DNA of 64,000 nucleotides. Source: Paraglomus brasilianum (Eukaryota). The stretch is from NCBI GenBank assembly GCA_910592345.1, contig CAJVPI010000043.1, positions 1-64,000 on the forward strand. Direction: 5' to 3'. The notes beneath the pieces are model-generated. The model did not search any database. It had not been told where the DNA came from and saw only the letters and a program-made list of their open reading frames with translations. The position numbers and the translations under genes are program-made. Below, piece after piece: positions 40,904 through 50,437 of the stretch (within the stretch, counting starts at the first letter, position 1; every line of letters starts with the position of its first letter).

Positions 40904-42498
40904 TCAAGTATCACTCCTATTTTGTTTGGCTTTGCCTAAATCTTTTTCGCGACGAGCGAGTCTACTGACAAGTTCTTTTTGAATTTCAGCTTGTTTCCTA
41001 GATTCAATTAGAGAGTCCACTGATCTCAAACCATTGACAATATCTCTTGTCTTTCCAAAATACACTTCTTGAAGAGAATTACGCATTTTCAGTTCCATAT
41101 CTTCAATTATACGTCCAATATTAGCGATATGGGCCTGTGGTTCATCGTACGGATAGTCAGCCTCAGTCTACACAAATGTTGCAATTTTAGAACCAATAAT
41201 GAGTCACAAGAATCAACTAAAGCGCATGTTTCACATAAATCCAGCAACTACAGAGCGCTTACTTGTCTTGTCATGCTGCCAGAGAGATTCAATTTGCCTG
41301 TTTCATCTCTATCGGTGATGGTATAAAGCATTATTGTTGATGTCAACTTGTAGTGTGCATTGCGTCCTCTCTCCGTAGCTCTAAAAACATGAATAGAATC
41401 CCATGCACCTTTCATCTTTCTTCCATCTTCGCCGACTGAAATGGTCAAGATCTAATACTTAGTATCCATCTGTGGAAATAGTGCAAGACACTAGGGAATA
41501 AAGTGATAGACATCTGACCTTTTTTGAAGAGAACAGCCCCAGCAAATGCATCATTATCATCATCCCAAAAATATGCAGAAGACACACCTTTTTCGTAATA
41601 CCTAAAATAACATAGTAAGATGAAAAACACGATAGGATCGAAAGATACGCACGCGTATGACCAACGTATCTTGAACCAAAACACCACTACTGAATCAATC
41701 CTTACATTTCTCTATACGTATCGAACGCTTCATTAGCAGCTATTTCTAGCCTGCGTAATTTGGGGGAAGGTACAGGGCTTTCCATTGAAGGAGGGTCATA
41801 CTCGTTGGACCAAGGAGATCTATAGCAATGGCAATGATAATTATGTCAATAAATATATAAGAGTTGTACTGTCATACATTTGGAACTAATTATCGTTTCA
41901 TTCGTCAGTAATAGTAGTAGTCACATTTTTTCAAACTTAGGAAGAGCGAGAAAATGACACTGAAATGTTGACCTACGATAACCTGAACGCGATGATAACA
42001 AAAACACACACACCACACACCATACACATACACGCAAACACCACGCACACGCACACGCACACGCACACCACACACACACACATATTGTATAAACTAGTTT
42101 CGATGTATTGCTTGAATTACTTACCTACACGAGTCACCGTCCCTGTTGAACTCGGATACAAGATAGTCTCTACCTTTAACCTTGCATCTCTGGACTTTAA
42201 GTGGCTGGTCAACATTGTTGAGTAAATCATCTTGAAGGTGAGGAGCTAGATCTATTAACTGGGACAAATTCTCTTCCATGTTCTGAGGTGGAAGACGGCG
42301 CATGAGGTCCAAAGCACAATCAAATTGGTCGCCCTGTATTTACAAACGCTTTACATAAGTAATAAAGTTATATACATATACTTTTTTTTCCCCTCATTTT
42401 GACTTTCACTTTTCACTTTCGCTCTTTTATATAGTATTATGAACTAGCTAGGCCTTTGCTTGCGTTGGTAGAATGACCACGTTCTCGTAACTGACCAT
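40904..42498 (-). CDS. CAP2: F-actin capping protein subunit beta
   Basis: [105 protein letters not shown]. The first coding exon is the ATG alone (42496-42498), followed by GTCAGT. Confidence 0.97.
42003..42082. repeat. CA-rich microsatellite inside a CAP2 intron
   Basis: (CA)n/(CACACG)n run. Confidence 0.85.
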
Positions 42499-44098
42499 CT
42501 TGTGTGTCATTAACTTTTGAAAAAATTTCTGAATCGATGACAATTGTGCAGTTTCTGGGCAGAGATACCCTGTGCCTGCTGTAGGTAATAATCTATGGGT
42601 CTGGTGGCAAAAGGGGGAGATCGTATTGGTGGCCGCAAAGTCATTCACGAATGATCGGTCGCGATTGTTTCTCACGACATCTCGTGCCATGACTATTTAT
42701 ACAAACAGACAAGGGAAAGCACCATGAAAAGGATGATAAGAAGCAGAGATTTTTTTTTTGCTCCGCTTCTACATCATTATGTTCCGAAATTGAATGATGC
42801 ATTGCCACGTTGTGCGATGTCTAAACTTTGTATATGTTTTGGATCGAAGCAAAAATGGGAGCGCACAGAATAAAGGGCGTTTGTACGCTATTGTTTAGAT
42901 TGGAATACTGATGTAATGACAGGTTTCGAACAGTTTGGTCCTGCATACATGATTGATCGTCCCACTATCTGCCCCTTTTTTTTAAGATGAGTGGGGTTTT
43001 TTGTTTGTATCTACATCGCATCGCTGTAGCATCTGACGATGTTGCCTCTTGTATAACATTGATTAAGATGCATGGGGAAGAGGGAGTCAGGCAAGGTTTA
43101 AGTAATATTGCCAGTAATAAATACCAGCCTGAACATCATTGTCCTGTCACAGTTACTTGCACAATAAATCCGGTTTGATAAAATATCCCATTGTAAGGGA
43201 GAAACAAATGATCCAAATTCGTAACAACAATGAGATAATATAATTCACCGATCTGTGTTTTCGCTCGTGAATTAGATACTAGCAATAACTTTCTTATAAA
43301 AGGGGCCACTAGGGCTATATTAAAAGCAAGTATATACTGGATGTCAAAAAATCAACCTTCGAGCTACAGTATGGTAACATATCAATAGTACTTTTCTCCG
43401 GAGAGAATCAAGGCTCCATCAAGCAATGCCCGGAGAAAGATTCCCCGAGCGCCATTTTCATCTCGATCCATTACAGTTCCACAATTCCGGCACTTGTACA
43501 CCTCGGACCCTCCTATTTTTGAACAGCTGCAAGTTTTGGTATAGTAATAGGCCTCGTTTTGGATAATAACACGAACCCCTAATTCTTCTGCTTTAGCCAC
43601 CAGGCGGTGGCGAAATTGATATTAATAGTGGCCCCAGCAGAGCATTTGAGAACCGTTTTTCGTGTTATTTTTCTTGTTTTTCGATTTATCATATTCGACA
43701 CCTCAAAAGGAGGGATGATAACGGCATCGAATTTGCGAGTGAAAAATGCGACACTTTTTTTATAAAGTTCGCTTTGCAGGTGTTTGACTTTTCGTCGCAT
43801 CCAAGAGATTGCCTTATCAAGTCGCGAGGCCTGTTTCTTCTTACGTTTCGAGCCAGTTTGTCCTTTACAGAAAGGAGATTGCCCATGTCGTATTACCTAC
43901 GCCTCTTTGGTGGGAGAGTACCAGGTGAGGGGTGTACAAACGCCAGGATCGATGGAAACTGCATGAATATCCGCTTGGGTTTCGCGAAGTTGTTTTTGCG
44001 TCTCGTAAACCCACGAAAATTTCCACTCGTTGGTTTTGCGAATATATGTAAGCTTACAGTCGGACGTTATTTTGTGAGGAACAGGTCACTTATTATTA

Positions 44099-44272
44099 CA
44101 AGTGGCTCTCGATATAAGAACCCTTTAATATAAGAAATTTTCGATATAAGAAAGTATTTTTGCTGGACCCGATTTAAAATCTTATAACAAATGACTCTCG
44201 TTATAAGAGATTTTCGATATAAAAAAGGAATTTGTTGGGCCCCGATCACTTTCGTATATCGAGAGCCACTTG
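44099..44272. mobile_element. MITE (174 bp) inserted in the Fanzor coding sequence
   Basis: TA|CAAGTGGCTCTCGATATA ... TATATCGAGAGCCACTTG|TA, a perfect 18-bp TIR. Removing it plus one TA restores the Fanzor frame. Confidence 0.93.
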
Positions 44273-44942
44273 TACTATTACGCCTTTTTTTTTCGAAATG
44301 AAGTGGCCACAAATCGCGTTTTTCGTTCAGAGTGATAATAGGCTTATGGCGGGGTGCGGAAAGCATGACATAGAATCGGTTCCACGTGGATTTTGAAAAG
44401 TTCTGCGCGCGAATACGAATTGTCATTGTTTGTCGCAAATCTTTTCGGAATCGAAATGACAAAGATGAACTTTTTTGCTGATTCGTGGTTGATCCTATAT
44501 TTTGATTGATCATCTCGTCCCTAGCAGTTAACGCTTTATCAATCGCCTCGTCGATAATGTTTGCAGGCGCCTTGCCCGTGTGTGCCTTGAAGGAGCATTC
44601 CAATACGCACGACTGTTCGCATGAATTTGTGTTCACCCCATACACATGATCTTTGTAGTCTCTTATCCTCACGCTCATTAACGTCTTTTCCTACACGAAC
44701 GTAAAGTTTAAGCTTATCTTCAATGGGTTGAGATTTTAGCCAAACCCGTCGTGATGGACCAGAATGCAAATTTTTTGTATGGAAATGGCGGTATCGACTC
44801 CAGCGGACAACTGCATTATAGGCATATCTTGACAAGCCCATCCACCGTTTCAATAGCTGTTTTTGAGGGCGATCTGGATATACTTTTATTGGCAGCGTAC
44901 AGTTGAGGGCTTTCAAGTGTTGTCGTTTGTTGTGTGCTGCTG

Positions 44943-45139
44943 TTATGTTGTCCTGATTTTGTACTTTTCCCCTTGTTTAGGGTTCTCGTCAGGCACTCTT
45001 CTTCCTTGCTCGCCGGAGGTCGCTTTGTTGATGAAAGCCATAAGTTTTGTAGTATGGGGGGAGTGGATGAGGTTGTGGCAGAGTCGGTCACAATGGGCAA
45101 CCACAATTCCGAGACCATGCTGCGACTTTTCCGTTCCAC
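44943..45139 (-). pseudogene. Remnant of an IS607 TnpA serine recombinase catalytic domain, overlapping the Fanzor 5' region
   Basis: IVVAHCDRLC resembles the resolvase motif VVVAHxDRLxRF. Restoring one A near 45107 gives VERKSRSMVSEIVVAHCDRLC. Confidence 0.6.
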
Positions 45140-45382
45140 TTACGTTTATAGGTTGCGGAGCTGACGAGTTATTCGAAGGTTGCGGAGCTGAGGACCTCCT
45201 TTTGTATGGACCCTTTTTTGGCGGCGGCGGCGGCGGTGGTGTTGTTGTTAGCACTGAGGGGAGAGATTATGTGTTTATGATTTGGATTTTCAAATGAGCA
45301 AAATATTGCAATGGTTAAAAGAGCATGGGGGATAATGTCTTTAAATATGTTTATGGTTGTCGGCATTTGAATGGCGGAACCG

Positions 45383-45470
45383 AAAACATGCATAAAACAT
45401 GCAATCTTATATGGAGACGCGCATAAAACGTGCAATCTTATATGGAAGCCTACGCGCATAAAACATGCAA
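45383..45470. repeat. Three direct repeats GCATAAAAC(A/G)TGCAA(TCTTATATGGA) upstream of the TnpA/Fanzor region
   Basis: Copies start at 45390, 45421 and 45456, with a partial copy at 45383. Confidence 0.85.
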
Positions 45471-46199
45471 ACACAGACTATATGATGGATCGCGGTCACA
45501 AATCGTTATTATTGGTCACATTTGCTGCACACGTATCTTAATAGACACTTGCAATTCCATGCAATTCGAATTTTTTTGATGCGTTCCGTTGTCTTTGTAA
45601 ATATATTAGAGGGTTAAACAAAATTGATATTAATTTTACATTAACTCCGATTATAACATCGTAAAATCCATCCTAAATTTTCTATTAATTAAAATTATTA
45701 CGATAATAAAACAGCCATCTCCACAAAAATCAAAATGCCTTCGCGTTTTGAAATCACGTGCATGTGACAATTATCACCTGTCAAGAAAATATTTTGCCTC
45801 TGATATGAGCACTATTACTGTATATGCAAAATCAGCATATAATCATTTATTTCCCCAATACAGATATGAACACACTGGTTAAAAGTCAGTACTGTAGTTG
45901 CGTTTTTTTGAGATACCCGGGATACGTCCATTCAGTTGCCTCAAAGTATTGTTGGGCTGTAAAATGATAATAATAAGACCATGTCAAGTCAAAACGAAAA
46001 ATTAAGTGATTGACATACCAGCATGCTTGTATGTAGTAATGAAGAGAATTTTATTCATTGCCAGTATAAATTGGTTGTGGACAAGTAATGTCTTTAAATT
46101 CGTCTCTAACAATATTATGATAAAGATATTCTTTTATAATCCAAAGGAGGAGGGGTTGGTACCAGGAACCAGGATGGAAAAGGATTTAATTTCTTTGGC

Positions 46200-47480
46200 A
46201 ATTTCGGAAACACTTGTTTTTCTAGTTTTCAACAAATTAAATTCTGCATAAGCACCATTAGCAACCAGCTGGGTTTTGACAAATAGAAAATGCTGATATT
46301 TTTGCAAACCATTTAAATTTTTAAAAAAAATTCCCAATATAAATATAGCATTAAGATCTGAATATCGAAACCCTTTCCATTGCCATAACACTGAGTCTTG
46401 TTTAATCCAACTGTAGTTAATTTTTTCACAACCTCAACGATATGATCCACGCAATCTACTGTTGTCTTTCTATAGAACTTTTTAATTAATCCAAAACTTC
46501 CAACACACTTGAATTTAGTGCGTCCAGGTACCATAAAATTTAATTCAGTACTTTCATAATAACCGCCAATTACTAAATATAGGTAAAATCAAATGGTAGC
46601 ATTATTCTTATTCTGACCTCCTGCATTATCACAAGTAATCTTTAGACATTTTTGGCCTTTATTAAATTTTTTTATTCCGCCGAATACCATGTTCAGTGTG
46701 CCATTAGGGCCTTTTCTTATAATTTCGTCCTCATCAAGTACGTAATTAATTTGCTCGCGTACTGCTTCATCTTGAATACCAAATAAATGCACTTTACGTG
46801 GACCAAGATAATAGATCTTACTTACTTGTTGATCGGAATGGGGCCGTAACTGTTAATGAGCAGCTTTGCCTCTTGTTATAAAATAATCATTTCTGTTGTT
46901 CTGCTAATTTCGTATTTTTATTGTAATAATTTCTCTTCGACTTGGCTGTTCTTTGTATTTTTTCAGTAAATCTTTCGCTTCTTTTTCCTTACGAGAATTT
47001 CCATTCCGAAAATGTTCACATTAATCTGTTCTTGAGTTCATAATTTGAATATAAAGTGTTAATTGGCGCCATAACTTGCGGGATGCGTCATATTTTAACA
47101 ATTTCAACGTGCTACCGTTTTCGAGACCTGCAATAAAATCACGATATACAGTAACTCGATTTTTTGCTGGTAAAAATACGAGCGATTTGAGTAATGTGAG
47201 TAACATTTCTACCATAAACACGCGGTATTAAATGCTTTAACGGGACACTCTTTTCTCGAAAAAAATAAACGCAAGTTGAACTTTAGCTAAACCACCCAAA
47301 TTAGAGCAATGAAAATCAGAAGCAAACGAAGATGGGCCAATTACACGTGGTTACTCTCGGTTGAACCAACCTTGATCAAAGAAAAACGTGGAAATGACGG
47401 CATTATCACCATTAAAAATTTAAGATGCCCCAACATTATGGCCAAAGAATTCTTTTATTTAGCATTATTCTTTTATTGGA
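46200..47480 (-). pseudogene. Decayed Sola-like DDE transposase
   Basis: Fragments HLFGIQDE..NYVLDEDE..KGPNGTLNMV..LKITCDNAGGQNKNN and FMVPGRTKFKCVGSFGLIKK match the DNxxGQNKN / GHTKFxxDxxFGxxK pattern of Sola-type transposases. Many frameshifts. Extent approximate. Confidence 0.7.
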
Positions 47481-47879
47481 TAAATGTGTCATTCCTTTGC
47501 ATTGTTTGAACCGTATATCTACTCGAAGTTGACCCCACACTCGACGAGTGACACAGTGACATTCTTATCAACATTTCGTTTTTGTAGGATGTAAACATTC
47601 CCCTTTACGTCTACTACATTACACAAATATAATAATAACGAAAGAATCGGTCTAACTTAATTGGGCCTTAACAGGTGAAAGTTATTGTTTATTTGGACGA
47701 GAACCGATGTAAATAAACTAGCCAGGGGGTCAGACGCCACATTCTGGAGCTAAAACGTGTGTCCGCTATTGGATATCTTTGAAGAAACAAATCAAGAGTA
47801 AATAAGTAAACCTTTTTTGATTACAGAGAGCTATTAACAAACTTTTGCAAAGTCATTATCATACATAAATCTTATACTC

Positions 47880-50437
47880 ATGGCCGCTATTAGTTCTCCT
47901 TGGTACCCGGGTTCAGTTTCTGATGCAGTGGCGGAAGCAAATTCAAAGAATGCCGTGTTCCTTGTGTATATATATGGTCAGAGTTATTTACTATTCTTCG
48001 AAAGAGCCTAGGCAATATTCTTATTCGTAATAATTCTTTGTTATGTAAATTATAGATGAAAGCGAAGATGGTCAGCGCATGACTGAAATAACTTCACGAC
48101 CCAAGGTAGTAACTTGCTTTTATCGTATAGCAAAATATCATACGTTCCATGGACATAACAAATTAATACATTGTGATGTATTTGTTCTCAAGGCAGCAGC
48201 AGCCATCAAAGAAAACACAGTCGCATTGAAGCTCGCTCGCGTTTCAGAAGAGGCGAATTTGTTTGGTCAACTTTGTGAGTATTGGAGATCTAAAGGGGGA
48301 AGGGGTTTGCTGTATCGAAATTAAAATGACATTACTGATTCCTGAATTTCTCACTTGATATAATTTATTTGTGACTTAGTCCCCATTGTACAAGTACCAT
48401 GCATATATATGATTCGGTAAGAGAATGTCCCGTCTGCTGCCAGCATCACTGGATTTTCTTTTTCCATATCTATTTTTCCGTACAACGTTAATTTCTTGTC
48501 GTCAGTTCTGGAGCGGTATGTGACTACGCATCAGGCATTGTTACAGAAGACGATCTTGTCATGAAGATATCTCAGGCTTCCAATACGACTATGGGCGCGA
48601 ACACGTCGTCAGCAAGCACAACGACAGCAGAAGCGTTATCAGGAGCAACAGCATCAGCGGTATCACTGGCCGATTCACCCTCGGTGCCATCGTCATCTGA
48701 TAACCAAACAACGCCAGCCATAATAGTATCGGAAGGTCAGGGCTCAAATCAACAAGATGAGAAAAAGATTAAAGCTGATAAGTAAGTTCCTCGTGCATAC
48801 GAGCAAAGTGGATTGTGTATGTGTCATGAAAGTGGCGGCAAAAAGAATTAATATTGATAAATGACAAGGTCAATTCAGTGTTATTATAGTCTATACTGAT
48901 ACATTGGTTATCTCTTATTACTAGAGCGAAAAAACTAGTCGAAGAACGACGCCAGCAGAGAGAGAAGGAAAAACAAGAGGTTTGATTAACAAACAGGACA
49001 TATTCTGGATCTGTTTTTACTGCCTGCTTGCTCCTTCTTTCTCCAAACTACGTATTAATATATAAATCTTCTACCATATAATATCAGGCTGACAAACAGC
49101 GCGAATCCAATCGGCGTGCGCAAGGTCGTACGATGCAACAAGCGTACGCACATCATGAAGATGCAAGAGATAAGAAAGCGGCAGAAGACTATGCGAGGAA
49201 ACGAAAAGAGGAAGCGGAAGCCAGACGTCGGGTGAAGGAACAAATCGAAGCAGACAAGGTCGAGAGGCATGCGAGAAAATTAGCCGAAATAGCTTCGAGA
49301 CAGCAACAGCAGCAACTAACAGAAGGAGAATCGCATAAAGCGTGTGTAGATAAACAAAGCAGTTCGTTGAGGTTTGTTGGGAGTTTTGGTATTAAACCAA
49401 AAAAAAGGGGGGGTTGTTATCATAGGTGGTCCTAGCCATTGACCAAGTTTGATACTTTTGATTTTTTAGTTATGAATATTGTGATCTTAATATACGTTTG
49501 CTTGACGGAGATACAATACGTAATAAGTTTGGCACGTCGACGACTTTGCTGGATGTTACAAAATGGGTTGAAGAGGTTGGATCATTGATTCCATTATCTT
49601 TTTTTTATTTATTTATTCTATAATATCTCAATGTAAACCGTGTTGATCTATATACTTACTGCTATTACTGTTGTTTTGCTTACTCTTAACTTTGAACCAT
49701 TCGATTCTACATCCAGTTCTAAATTTTTCTTCTTCTTTCATTCACATGTTTTCTTCTATGAATTTTTTTTTATTTATGTGTCTTTTACGCGGTCCACTTT
49801 CCGTAAAAGAATCGAACAGATGGGACAGCACCATTTTCTCTGATTCAGCCATTTCCATATCGTCAATTCACTGCCGAGGAGAAGCTGTTGACCTTATACG
49901 AGCTTAACCTTTGTCCCAACGCTACATTAATATGTAAACCAGCAAAGGTTGTTGTTGGCACATATGATCCAGCAGGAAATACTTGGAGAATATTAGAGTA
50001 CAGTTTCAGGGCTGTTGGAGGAATCATGGGAAATATCATAGGAATAGTGTGGAATGCATTAGGATATTTAAACCCATTTAGCTATTCTCAGCGTGCGAAT
50101 CCAAACAGAGGAAGAAGAGCAAACGGGGTAGATGGAGCAACGAGCGAGCGGCAGAAACAAGAACAAGCGCGATTGTTGAGAGAACAGCAGCGACGCGAAG
50201 AAGTGGCAAATAGTAGTAGTGTTGTTGAGGAAGTGGAAATGAGGTGGGTATTAATTAGACGAAACGAATGTTGTTACAGGAATCGATGGTCGCAAAAGCT
50301 GAAATATAACATTTATTATTTTATCTCGTAGACGTCGATGGGGGGACAATGTTAAGACATTGTCTCGTGATGGCGATGAAGATGATGAAGAAAAGAGACG
50401 ATGGACTTACAACGGCAATTCCACCAATCAAGAATGA
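47880..50437 (+). CDS. UBX-domain p97/Cdc48 cofactor, UBXN4 (erasin)/Ubx7-like, multi-exon
   Basis: N-terminal WYPGSVSDAVAEANSKNAVFLVYI; coiled coil EARRRVKEQIEADKVER; UBX CDLNIRLLDGDTIRNKF...PFPYRQFT..TLYELNLCPNATLI; hydrophobic hairpin; C-terminal WTYNGNSTNQE*. Confidence 0.9.

Larger units (their letters stand above)
43382..45139 (-). pseudogene. Fanzor2 / IS607 TnpB RNA-guided endonuclease, disrupted by frameshifts, stops and a MITE
   Basis: In order: LWLP N-terminal extension; IKVYPDRPQKQLLKRWMGLSRYAYN (OrfB HTH); APANIIDEAI..LSFRFRK; RuvC-I AVSIDPGVCTPLTWYSP (D at 43948-43950, missing from the ORF track); bridge region RRKVKHLQSELYKKSVAFFTRKFDAVIIPPFEVSNM; QNEAYYYTKTC, C..C zinc finger and RuvC-III MDRDENGARGIF. 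Confidence 0.93.
43248..45470 (-). mobile_element. Decayed IS607-family-like element carrying Fanzor2/TnpB and a TnpA remnant; boundaries approximate
   Basis: Fanzor/TnpB fragments, the overlapping serine-recombinase motif IVVAHCDRLC, upstream direct repeats at 45383-45470, and a candidate right end ...CAGATCGG ~135 nt after the nuclease stop. Confidence 0.75.

Noticed and set aside
44067..44274. C-terminal part of ORF 44067..44678 as real Fanzor sequence
   Set aside because: It is read-through into the inserted MITE.
45383..45470. Direct repeats as a mini-CRISPR array next to a Cas12-like gene
   Set aside because: The intervening sequences are only 5-9 nt and similar to each other, so there are no real spacers.
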